From NCBI RefSeq assembly GCF_022846255.1, contig NZ_AP025682.1: 64,000 nt of DNA, one strand, 5' to 3'. Made by a program: the position numbers and the translations under genes. The notes below the pieces were generated by a model. The model worked only from the letters and a program-made list of their open reading frames with translations, ran no database searches and was not told where the DNA came from. This document shows positions 26,901 to 37,729 of the stretch, one piece after another (the first letter of the stretch is position 1; every line of letters begins with the position of its first letter). The stretch comes from Escherichia coli. GTDB taxonomy: Bacteria; Pseudomonadota; Gammaproteobacteria; Enterobacterales; Enterobacteriaceae.

Positions 26901-27992
26901 TACAGGCTGCCAGGCTACTGTAGGTTGCGCAGGTGGAACATCAACAGAGGCAACAGGCGGCGTCTGAGTCACAGGTTCAACCGGTGCAGCCCAGCTTTGC
27001 GTCGCCGTGGTAGCAGCAGCTGCTACAGCAACAGGTTCGGTAATTGGCGCACCGTTTAATAATGGATCGTACTCGTCATATTCTGGCTGCGTTGCACGAT
27101 TGCCCGAAAAGAGGACGTCGTCAGGGTCGGCAGCCACACCGCGTGCAGTGTAGGTAATCTCTTCGTCATCATCCATCCGCTTACCGGAGAACAACGCAGC
27201 GTCTGTTTGCCGCCCCATCGGATTAATGAATTTTTCCGCCAACCGTTTACGACGCGCTAGCGCGCCGCGAAGAATACGGGCACGGCGTGATTCATGCTGT
27301 TTGCCGTGACTTTCATCTTCTTCATATTCTTCGTCGTCTTCATACTCATCTTCATCGACCCAGGTATCATCGCGACGGGTACGATTACTGGCGAAGGTAA
27401 GAATATTTAAAATCCAGCCGCCGAGTTTTTCAGCAATGGTCACCCATGACCAACCGGTGAACAGCGTCAGGCCCGCTGCCCAAACGCAGAGCAGTGCAAT
27501 AGTTCCCCCGCTACTGTGTAGCAGTGGTTGTAGCGTAGTGCTCAGTAAGCTGCCAATGACGCCACCGGAGGCAAAATACCAGATATCGTCAGCGTTGATT
27601 GCCGCCAGACCACAGGAGGTAAGGATGAGCGCCAAAACGCCAATGATGCGTAGCGAAACGGCAAAATAATCAATGTATTCGTCGCTGGACTGATGACGCC
27701 AGGCAAACCAACAACCGCCGACAATAATGACGGGAATGGTGTAAGCCATCACGCCAAAAATAAAGAACAGCGTATCTGCCAGCCATGCACCGGGCATCCC
27801 ACCTAAATTATGGATAGGTTCATGCCAGGCCGTTTGCGACCAGCTGGGGTCCGAAGGGTTAAAGCTTAGTAAGGCAGCCATCAACCAGACGGCAAACAGG
27901 ACAATAAGGATCAGCAACGCCTCCAGAAGGCGGCGTCCGCTACTTAACTTTGTCAATGTGACTTCTTTGTCTTCAGTGTATTCCTGGCTCAA
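23922..27992 (-). CDS. ftsK: DNA translocase FtsK
   Basis: 1356-aa ORF: N-terminal membrane domain, long Pro/Gln-rich linker, C-terminal motor with Walker A GTTGSGKS. Confidence 0.96.
25462..25745 (-). repeat. In-frame tandem repeat (about 39-bp unit, about 7 copies) encoding the [13 protein letters not shown] linker repeats of FtsK
   Basis: near-identical tactgcggctgcggcgcaactggctgttgtggctgctga units visible on plus strand. Confidence 0.85.
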
Positions 27993-28070
27993 GAAAGGCT
28001 CTCCAGGTTACAGGCTTTTCCTGCCCGATGCTAAAACGGACAACAGTACCAGGTTACCCCAGTACTGTTG

Positions 28071-28086
28071 CTGTATGGATTAACAG
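28071..28086. promoter_or_regulatory. Putative LexA (SOS) box upstream of ftsK
   Basis: CTGT-N8-ACAG palindrome ctgtatggattaacag in the lrp-ftsK intergenic region. Confidence 0.5.
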
Positions 28087-28126
28087 GAGTGTAATCAAAA
28101 TACGCCGATTTTGCACCTGTTCCGTG

Positions 28127-28621
28127 TTAGCGCGTCTTAATAACCAGACGATTACTCTGCTTGACTTCTTCCATAACAACGTATGTCCGTGTGTCATTGA
28201 CGCCAGGCAGACGCAGCAGGGTTTCCCCCAGCAACTTACGGTAAGCTGACATATCCGGCACGCGTGTTTTCAACAGGTAGTCGAAATCACCGGATACTAA
28301 ATGACACTCCTGAATTTCTTCAAGTTTTTGTACAGCGGTATTGAATTGTTCAAACACATCCGGTGCGCCACGATTCAGAGTAATCTCAACGAATACCAGA
28401 AGTGATGCATCCAGATAATGGGGGTTCAGCAGCGCCGTATAGCCCTGAATAAACCCTTGTCTTTCCAGCCGACGCACACGCTCAAGGCACGGCGTTGGGG
28501 AAAGTCCCACACGTTTAGAAAGCTCGACGTTAGAAATACGCCCATCCTTTTGCAACTCATTAAGAATGTTACGATCGATACGGTCGAGATCTTTGCCAGG
28601 GCGCTTCTTGCTATCTACCAT
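28127..28621 (-). CDS. lrp: Leucine-responsive regulatory protein
   Basis: ORF 28127..28675; start at MVDSKKRPGKDLDRIDRNILNELQKDGR (164 aa). Confidence 0.96.
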   Translation of the reverse strand: MVDSKKRPGKDLDRIDRNILNELQKDGRISNVELSKRVGLSPTPCLERVRRLERQGFIQGYTALLNPHYLDASLLVFVEITLNRGAPDVFEQFNTAVQKLEEIQECHLVSGDFDYLLKTRVPDMSAYRKLLGETLLRLPGVNDTRTYVVMEEVKQSNRLVIKTR

Positions 28622-29047
28622 TATTATTGTCTCTCTGTATTCCTTCCCTACTCCTGTCTGACCCTGAAACATCACTGTTCAGAGTCGCTACCCGTCACGA
28701 TAGACCGAAATCATGAAGATTCACGGCGCGCAATGCCTGGGTCTACGGTGAGAAGACCGTTGCCTTGTGGCAGCTATCGACATCACGAATGGCGTCTGTC
28801 CACGCCATACGTAGATTTCACTAGCACGGTAAACATGGTATTTACATGCATGGTTATGCGCATATAAGAATACTGTTTTTTTCTTCCTCGAATGTTTTCG
28901 CAAAACACCAGGGGATTGTCAAAGCAAAACATCGATTTTTAGTACAACATGCCAGATATTCATTAACAGGGGCGTTTATTCATCATTTAATCGGCTTATA
29001 AAGCGGGAAATTTAAGTAGCAGAGGTGATAATGACGGGAGAATTTGA

Positions 29048-30130
<1,083 letters not shown>

Positions 30131-30252
30131 TTTTACAAATCAGTAACAAAAGTAAAGAAGGCGACACCATGCGACTATGGGTCGCCTTTATTTTTTCCTC
30201 GTTGTAACATTGCTCTGCAAATAATTCTGATAACTCACCTGCTAAGCGTGCA

Positions 30253-32019
30253 ATGAATAAATCCCGTCAAAAAGAGTTAACCCGCTGGTTAAAACAGCAA
30301 AGCGTCATCTCCCAACGTTGGCTGAATATTTCTCGTCTGCTGGGCTTTGTGAGCGGCATATTGATCATTGCCCAGGCCTGGTTCATGGCGCGAATTCTGC
30401 AACATATGATTATGGAGAATATTCCCCGTGAAGCCCTGCTGCTTCCCTTTACGTTACTGGTTCTGACCTTTGTACTGCGCGCATGGGTGGTCTGGTTACG
30501 CGAACGGGTGGGTTATCACGCCGGGCAGCATATCCGCTTTGCCATCCGCCGTCAGGTTCTCGACCGTCTGCAACAAGCAGGGCCAGCGTGGATTCAGGGT
30601 AAACCGGCGGGGAGCTGGGCGACGCTGGTACTCGAGCAAATTGACGATATGCATGATTACTATGCACGCTACCTGCCGCAAATGGCGCTGGCAGTGTCGG
30701 TGCCGTTGCTGATTGTGGTGGCGATCTTCCCCTCTAACTGGGCTGCGGCGCTCATTCTGCTGGGCACAGCACCGTTAATTCCGTTGTTTATGGCGCTGGT
30801 TGGAATGGGGGCTGCCGATGCTAACCGACGTAACTTTCTCGCTCTTGCTCGCTTAAGTGGGCATTTCCTCGATCGCCTGCGCGGCATGGAAACACTGCGT
30901 ATTTTTGGTCGTGGTGAAGCTGAAATTGAAAGTATTCGTTCTGCTTCGGAAGATTTCCGCCAACGGACAATGGAAGTGCTACGGCTGGCGTTTTTATCCT
31001 CCGGCATTCTCGAATTTTTTACCTCGCTGTCAATTGCGCTGGTGGCGGTCTACTTTGGTTTTTCCTATCTCGGCGAGCTGGATTTTGGTCACTACGATAC
31101 TGGCGTGACGCTGGCTGCGGGTTTTCTGGCCCTGATCCTTGCGCCGGAGTTTTTCCAGCCATTACGCGATCTCGGTACGTTTTATCATGCTAAAGCCCAG
31201 GCTGTTGGCGCAGCTGACAGTCTGAAAACGTTTATGGAAACCCCGCTCGCCCATCCGCAACGTGGTGAGGCGGAATTAGCATCAACCGATCCGGTGACCA
31301 TTGAAGCCGAGGATCTGTTTATTACATCACCAGAAGGTAAAACGCTGGCCGGACCGCTGAACTTTACTTTGCCAGCAGGCCAACGTGCAGTGTTGGTTGG
31401 TCGCAGCGGTTCAGGTAAAAGCTCACTACTGAACGCGCTTTCTGGTTTTCTCTCATATCAGGGATCGCTACGAATCAACGGGATAGAATTACGCGATTTA
31501 TCACCGGAATCATGGCGTAAACATCTCTCCTGGGTTGGGCAAAACCCACAATTACCGGCAGCAACATTACGGGATAACGTACTACTGGCGCGACCTGATG
31601 CCAGCGAACAAGAGTTACAAACAGCGCTGGATAACGCCTGGGTCAGTGAGTTTCTACCGCTACTGCCGCAAGGCATTGATACGCCTGTTGGTGACCAGGC
31701 TGCCCGCCTTTCCGTGGGGCAGGCGCAGCGCGTGGCGGTGGCCCGTGCGTTACTAAATCCCTGTTCGCTATTACTGTTGGATGAACCCGCTGCCAGCCTT
31801 GATGCTCACAGTGAACAGCGCGTAATGGAGGCGCTGAATGCCGCCTCTCTGCGCCAGACAACGTTAATGGTCACCCACCAGTTAGAAGATCTTGCTGACT
31901 GGGATGTCATTTGGGTAATGCAGGATGGTCAGATTATTGAGCAAGGACGTTACGCGGAATTAAGTGTGGCTGGTGGCCCATTCGCCACATTACTGGCCCA
32001 TCGTCAGGAGGAGATTTAA
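30253..32019 (+). CDS. cydD: Glutathione/cysteine ABC exporter subunit CydD
   Basis: 588-aa ORF, TMD + NBD (Walker A GRSGSGKSS). Confidence 0.95.
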   Translation: MNKSRQKELTRWLKQQSVISQRWLNISRLLGFVSGILIIAQAWFMARILQHMIMENIPREALLLPFTLLVLTFVLRAWVVWLRERVGYHAGQHIRFAIRRQVLDRLQQAGPAWIQGKPAGSWATLVLEQIDDMHDYYARYLPQMALAVSVPLLIVVAIFPSNWAAALILLGTAPLIPLFMALVGMGAADANRRNFLALARLSGHFLDRLRGMETLRIFGRGEAEIESIRSASEDFRQRTMEVLRLAFLSSGILEFFTSLSIALVAVYFGFSYLGELDFGHYDTGVTLAAGFLALILAPEFFQPLRDLGTFYHAKAQAVGAADSLKTFMETPLAHPQRGEAELASTDPVTIEAEDLFITSPEGKTLAGPLNFTLPAGQRAVLVGRSGSGKSSLLNALSGFLSYQGSLRINGIELRDLSPESWRKHLSWVGQNPQLPAATLRDNVLLARPDASEQELQTALDNAWVSEFLPLLPQGIDTPVGDQAARLSVGQAQRVAVARALLNPCSLLLLDEPAASLDAHSEQRVMEALNAASLRQTTLMVTHQLEDLADWDVIWVMQDGQIIEQGRYAELSVAGGPFATLLAHRQEEI

Positions 32020-33741
32020 ATGCGCGCTTTGCTACCCTATCTGGCACTGTATAAACGTCATAAATGGATGTTAAGTCTTGGTATTGTGCTGGCAATTGTC
32101 ACGCTGCTCGCCAGTATCGGTCTGTTGACACTTTCCGGCTGGTTCCTCTCCGCCTCAGCGGTAGCGGGGGTTGCCGGACTGTACAGCTTCAACTATATGC
32201 TACCCGCTGCGGGCGTGCGTGGCGCAGCAATCACCCGTACTGCCGGGCGCTATTTTGAACGCCTGGTAAGTCACGATGCGACTTTCCGCGTGTTGCAGCA
32301 TCTGCGCATTTACACCTTCAGCAAATTACTGCCCCTCTCCCCTGCCGGACTGGCGCGCTATCGTCAGGGCGAATTACTCAACCGCGTGGTGGCGGATGTT
32401 GATACGCTCGATCATCTTTACCTGCGCGTTATCTCACCGCTGGTAGGCGCTTTTGTGGTGATTATGGTGGTGACAATCGGGTTAAGTTTCCTTGATTTCA
32501 CCCTCGCCTTTACGCTGGGCGGCATTATGTTACTGACGCTTTTCCTGATGCCACCACTGTTTTATCGTGCGGGAAAAAGCACCGGGCAAAATCTGACTCA
32601 TCTTCGCGGGCAGTATCGCCAACAACTGACGGCCTGGCTGCAAGGGCAAGCTGAGCTGACCATTTTTGGTGCCAGCGATCGTTATCGCACGCAGTTAGAG
32701 AATACCGAAATTCAGTGGCTGGAAGCGCAACGTCGTCAATCTGAACTCACCGCATTATCGCAAGCGATAATGCTGCTCATTGGCGCGTTAGCGGTGATCC
32801 TGATGCTGTGGATGGCGTCTGGCGGCGTTGGCGGCAATGCTCAACCCGGCGCGTTAATTGCCCTGTTTGTCTTCTGCGCGTTAGCCGCGTTTGAAGCACT
32901 GGCACCAGTAACGGGTGCATTTCAGCATCTGGGGCAAGTCATTGCCTCTGCCGTACGGATCACTGACTTAACGGATCAAAAACCGGAAGTCACCTTCCCT
33001 GATACCCAAACTCGTGTTGCCGATCGCGTTTCGCTGACGTTACGGGATGTTCAGTTCACTTATCCGGAGCAATCCCAACAGGCACTTAAAGGGATTTCTC
33101 TTCAGGTAAACGCCGGGGAACATATAGCGATTCTCGGGCGAACCGGATGCGGCAAATCAACACTGTTACAACTGCTGACCCGCGCATGGGACCCGCAACA
33201 AGGCAAGATTTTGCTTAACGATAGCCCCATAGCCAGCCTGAATGAAGCGACTCTACGACAGACCATCAGCGTTGTGCCACAGCGAGTGCATCTGTTTAGC
33301 GCCACGCTGCGTGATAATCTGTTACTCGCCTCACCTGGCAGTAGTGATGAGGCTCTGGCGGAGATCTTACGTCGCGTTGGTCTGGAGAAGCTGCTCGAGG
33401 ATGCAGGTCTCAACAGTTGGTTAGGTGAAGGCGGACGCCAGCTCTCCGGTGGTGAACTGCGCCGTCTGGCTATCGCCCGTGCGCTGTTACATGATGCGCC
33501 TCTGGTATTGCTGGATGAACCTACAGAAGGCTTAGATGCCACAACCGAAAGTCAGATCCTTGAATTGCTTGCAGAAATGATGCATGAGAAAACGGTGTTA
33601 ATGGTCACCCATCGACTTCGCGGACTCTCTCGTTTCCAACAAATAATAGTGATGGACAACGGGCAAATTATTGAGCAAGGTACTCACGCAGAACTGCTTG
33701 CCAGACAGGGGCGTTATTACCAGTTTAAGCAGGGTTTGTAA
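32020..33741 (+). CDS. cydC: Glutathione/cysteine ABC exporter subunit CydC
   Basis: 573-aa ORF starting at the base after the cydD stop; Walker A GRTGCGKST. Confidence 0.95.
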   Translation: MRALLPYLALYKRHKWMLSLGIVLAIVTLLASIGLLTLSGWFLSASAVAGVAGLYSFNYMLPAAGVRGAAITRTAGRYFERLVSHDATFRVLQHLRIYTFSKLLPLSPAGLARYRQGELLNRVVADVDTLDHLYLRVISPLVGAFVVIMVVTIGLSFLDFTLAFTLGGIMLLTLFLMPPLFYRAGKSTGQNLTHLRGQYRQQLTAWLQGQAELTIFGASDRYRTQLENTEIQWLEAQRRQSELTALSQAIMLLIGALAVILMLWMASGGVGGNAQPGALIALFVFCALAAFEALAPVTGAFQHLGQVIASAVRITDLTDQKPEVTFPDTQTRVADRVSLTLRDVQFTYPEQSQQALKGISLQVNAGEHIAILGRTGCGKSTLLQLLTRAWDPQQGKILLNDSPIASLNEATLRQTISVVPQRVHLFSATLRDNLLLASPGSSDEALAEILRRVGLEKLLEDAGLNSWLGEGGRQLSGGELRRLAIARALLHDAPLVLLDEPTEGLDATTESQILELLAEMMHEKTVLMVTHRLRGLSRFQQIIVMDNGQIIEQGTHAELLARQGRYYQFKQGL

Positions 33742-33782
33742 GCTATTATTGAACGATCCGACTTGCGTGGAGTTTTGCGGTC

Positions 33783-34487
33783 ATGCGCCTGGTTCAGCTT
33801 TCTCGCCATTCAATAGCCTTCCCTTCCCCGGAAGGCGCATTACGTGAGCCTAACGGCCTGCTGGCACTGGGGGGCGATCTTAGCCCTGCGCGCCTGTTAA
33901 TGGCTTACCAGCGTGGTATTTTTCCGTGGTTTTCTCCAGGTGACCCCATCCTCTGGTGGTCGCCCGATCCCCGCGCGGTGCTTTGGCCTGAATCACTGCA
34001 TATCAGCCGTAGTATGAAGCGATTTCATAAACGCTCGCCCTATAGTGTCACGATGAATTACGCTTTTGGTCAGGTCATTGAAGGCTGTGCCAGCGATCGC
34101 GAAGAAGGAACCTGGATCACGCGTGGCGTGGTCGAAGCCTACCATCGCCTTCACGAACTCGGTCATGCCCACTCTATTGAAGTCTGGCGTGAAGATGAGC
34201 TTGTCGGCGGTATGTACGGCGTGGCCCAGGGAACGCTATTTTGTGGCGAGTCCATGTTCAGCCGGATGGAAAATGCGTCTAAAACGGCGCTTCTGGTATT
34301 CTGTGAGGAATTTATCGGTCATGGCGGTAAGCTTATCGACTGCCAGGTCCTTAACGATCACACAGCGTCGCTTGGTGCCTGCGAAATTCCCCGCCGGGAT
34401 TACCTTAATTATCTCAATCAAATGCGCCTCGGACGATTGCCGAATAATTTCTGGGTACCACGGTGCTTGTTTTCACCACAAGAATGA
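33783..34487 (+). CDS. aat: Leucyl/phenylalanyl-tRNA--protein transferase
   Basis: 234-aa [36 protein letters not shown]... Confidence 0.93.
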   Translation: MRLVQLSRHSIAFPSPEGALREPNGLLALGGDLSPARLLMAYQRGIFPWFSPGDPILWWSPDPRAVLWPESLHISRSMKRFHKRSPYSVTMNYAFGQVIEGCASDREEGTWITRGVVEAYHRLHELGHAHSIEVWREDELVGGMYGVAQGTLFCGESMFSRMENASKTALLVFCEEFIGHGGKLIDCQVLNDHTASLGACEIPRRDYLNYLNQMRLGRLPNNFWVPRCLFSPQE

Positions 34488-34768
34488 ATGTTTTCGGCAC
34501 ATTTCTCCCCAGAGTGTTATAATTGCGGTCGCAGAGTTGGTTACGCTCATTACCCCGCTGCCGATAAGGAATTTTTCGCGTCAGGTAACGCCCATCGTTT
34601 ATCTCACCGCTCCCTTATACGTTGCGCTTTTGGTGCGGCTTAGCCGTGTGTTTTCGGAGTAATGTGCCGAACCTGTTTGTTGCGATTTAGCGCGCAAATC
34701 TTTACTTATTTACAGAACTTCGGCATTATCTTGCCGGTTCAAATTACGGTAGTGATACCCCAGAGGAT

Positions 34769-34990
<222 letters not shown>

Positions 34991-35102
34991 TTGTTTTACC
35001 GCCTGATGGGCGAAGAGAAAGAACGAGTAAAAGGTCGGTTTAACCGGCCTTTTTTGCGTCTGAGAGTTACGGGGAATAAATATTCCAGGATGGAGTATTG
35101 AG

Positions 35103-36152
35103 TTTGAAAACTGCCTGTACGGCAGTGAACAGCGCCCGCTTTTTTACCGCGTCAGCGCAGCGTTTCTAAGCTGCCTGTACGGCAGTGAACTCCCTGATTC
35201 AGTTGCGCTCCCCGACGAGCTGTTTCTAAGCTGCCTGTACGGCAGTGAACCGTTGGCGTTTCGCGGCAACAGGTTTTTCAATTTTCTAAGCTGCCTGTAC
35301 GGCAGTGAACGTAGTTTTGATTCCAGCGATAACTGCCTATTTATTTCTAAGCTGCCTGTACGGCAGTGAACGTAGTTTTGATTCCAGCGATAACTGCCTA
35401 TTTATTTCTAAGCTGCCTGTACGGCAGTGAACGATCAGGCCCGGCTTTCCCCACACGTTCGTATTTTCTAAGCTGCCTGTACGGCAGTGAACCGCCTGCC
35501 ATTCAACCTGCAAATAGTTTTCGATTTCTAAGCTGCCTGTACGGCAGTGAACGAACTGTGGCACGAGGTTGCAGGCGTAAGACTTTTCTAAGCTGCCTGT
35601 ACGGCAGTGAACGCCATCTTTGAATATAACGCCCCGATTGTGATTTTCTAAGCTGCCTGTACGGCAGTGAACCCCTACCGTTTTAATAAATGGGATTTGC
35701 ATTATTTCTAAGCTGCCTGTACGGCAGTGAACGCTGAGGTGTTTACAATGCGTGCCGTGCTGGTTTTCTAAGCTGCCTGTACGGCAGTGAACTCTGTTTT
35801 TCGTCAGCAGGATTAAACCAGGCATTTCTAAGCTGCCTGTACGGCAGTGAACTCTCATCAATTACGGGTTCGTTGGCTGGATCTTTTCTAAGCTGCCTGT
35901 ATGGCAGTGAACGTCTTCTGCGCATCCGTACCACTCACCAATGATTTCTAAGCTGCCTGTATGGCAGTGAACTTAATCGGTAACGTTGCTCTAATTCCCC
36001 CTCTTTTCTAAGCTGCCTGTATGGCAGTGAACCCAGCGAGAATTGAGGCTGTTTGCCGTGTGCTTTTCTAAGCTGCCTGTATGGCAGTGAACATAAACGC
36101 GCGCAGGTTGTTGAGGTGCTCGAGTTTCTAAGCTGCCTGTATGGCAGTGAAC
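35103..36152 (-). CRISPR. Type I-F CRISPR array A: 18 repeats, 17 spacers (16 unique)
   Basis: 28-bp repeat (RNA sense on minus strand GTTCACTGCCGTACAGGCAGCTTAGAAA) at 60-61 bp period with 32-33 bp spacers; degenerate terminal repeat at 35103..35130; five repeats at 35885..36152 carry a loop variant. Confidence 0.97.
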
Positions 36153-36423
36153 TGGAATAATAGCAGACTATCCGATTGATTTACTGTTAAAACTTACAAA
36201 ATCGCAGATTCAAACCCTTTTTCCAGACTTCAAAACAGAAATAAACAAAATCAATGAGTTACATTTCGCCCTAAAAAAAGGGTCGATTTGGTATTTCTTC
36301 AATCTCATATTTTCTGCATAGCTTTTGATAAACAATTGACCAGAACACATACGGTCATAATCTCCGTCCCGCGAACAGCGTGTTCATTGCGTAACCAAAC
36401 AAATCAATCTATATAAATTCTTC

Positions 36424-36452
36424 TTGACCGTTTCACTCCAACTCCCTATAGT
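36424..36452 (+). promoter_or_regulatory. Putative sigma-70 promoter of tRNA-Ser
   Basis: TTGACC - 17 bp - TATAGT followed by GC-rich discriminator (agcgcccc), about 40 nt upstream of the tRNA. Confidence 0.55.
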
Positions 36453-36495
36453 AGCGCCCCGTTGCCACCTATGAGGTCTGGCAGCAAAACAATTT

Positions 36496-36583
36496 GGTGA
36501 GGTGTCCGAGTGGCTGAAGGAGCACGCCTGGAAAGTGTGTATACGGCAACGTATCCGGGGTTCGAATCCCCGCCTCACCGCCA
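36496..36583 (+). tRNA. serW: tRNA-Ser (anticodon GGA)
   Basis: 88-nt sequence GGTGAGGTGTCCGAGTGGCTGAAGG...TTCGAATCCCCGCCTCACCGCCA with long variable arm and encoded CCA. Confidence 0.93.
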
Positions 36584-36594
36584 TCTTTAAAGAA

Positions 36595-36626
36595 GAGCTC
36601 GTACGAAAGTACGGGCTTTTTTTTCG
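36595..36626 (+). terminator. Rho-independent terminator after tRNA-Ser
   Basis: gagctcgtac-gaaa-gtacgggc hairpin followed by TTTTTTTT. Confidence 0.7.
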
Positions 36627-36704
36627 CATTGATGCACCTTAAATAAAAAACACGTACTTCCTCTTCGAAAGTACGTGAAAATCAGTGGCTGATTACCATA
36701 CCCA

Positions 36705-37718
36705 CTAGTCGTAGGATACGGCAAATATGGCTTTGCTTTGGACTTCTCCAGGCTGTAGTGCTTCCTCCTTCACGCGGACATATTTCGCGGTAATCGGGAA
36801 GGTGTACTGATTCTCAATGGCCGCCATTTTAGTTAGTTTGTTCATCAGAGTATCACCCAGCTTTAACGGTGTTGTTGCGTTACCATTATAAATCTGGAAC
36901 CCAACCCCCTTAGCACCATTAAGCGATGTGTTTTTCAGAATGGTTCCACTATCATCCCATTCACCGCGCGCAACTTTAAAAGTCACTGGATTAGTCGTGA
37001 CGTTATAAACACTGTCACAATTTAAAACCAGATCTATAGAACCTGATTTCGTGTTATTGGCAGATTGCATCTCACTTACCGTTGTTTCTGGCATTCTTAT
37101 TTCGTAAATCGGTTGCGAAAAACTACAGGTTGTGGGTTTGTGTTTGATGCTAAATTCTATATTCTGAGTGTAAGAAACATCACTATTTAGTCGCCCAGTA
37201 ACCCAACATAAAAGCCATGATATGATATTATTATTGCAAGAGTTATCTGTTAGTATGCTAATAGCGGGGCGCGGGATGGTTATCTTGTCGATATTGGTGG
37301 TTATAGTATGGTCTACTTTACTCGTTGGCCCAACATATTCTGCCTTAAGAGTGAACGGTTTGGTATTTATCACATCCTGAGTGTTATATTCTTTTGGAGA
37401 AGCACCCAAGGAGTCAGTTCCAGTAGAAACAGGAAAACTACTACTCTCAAGGTTAAATTTCATAAAAATTGATTTCCCCGAATCCGACTCTCTAAGTTCA
37501 ACGATATAATCTTTTAACGGTGTTGCATAATACATTTTATCGCTTGCTGCATTACATGTGAACGTATCGACTAAGTTTGTATGAATTACAGCCGTTACCG
37601 TATCTTGTGCCATATCCAGTTCTATCGTTTGGCTTGCTGTTGTATTAGGCCCCAAGGTACATTTAGCCTGCCCCAAAAAAGGCAAAGCCAGTAAAAACAA
37701 AAACCAATATTTCTTCAT
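36705..37718 (-). CDS. Fimbrial adhesin / minor tip subunit (chaperone-usher pilus)
   Basis: ORF 36705..37739 (TTG-initiated in the track); likely ATG start at MKKYWFLFLLALPFLGQA signal peptide; last gene of the operon; AT-rich codon usage. Confidence 0.6.
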   Translation of the reverse strand: MKKYWFLFLLALPFLGQAKCTLGPNTTASQTIELDMAQDTVTAVIHTNLVDTFTCNAASDKMYYATPLKDYIVELRESDSGKSIFMKFNLESSSFPVSTGTDSLGASPKEYNTQDVINTKPFTLKAEYVGPTSKVDHTITTNIDKITIPRPAISILTDNSCNNNIISWLLCWVTGRLNSDVSYTQNIEFSIKHKPTTCSFSQPIYEIRMPETTVSEMQSANNTKSGSIDLVLNCDSVYNVTTNPVTFKVARGEWDDSGTILKNTSLNGAKGVGFQIYNGNATTPLKLGDTLMNKLTKMAAIENQYTFPITAKYVRVKEEALQPGEVQSKAIFAVSYD

Positions 37719-37729
37719 AAACAAATCCT

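Noticed and set aside
35337-35934. ORFs 35337..35861(-), 35366..35623(+), 35743..35934(-) with repeated HCRTGSLE / SCLYGSE / LPYRQLRK motifs
   Set aside because: These are translations of the CRISPR repeat in three frames; the periodic peptide motif is an artefact of array A.
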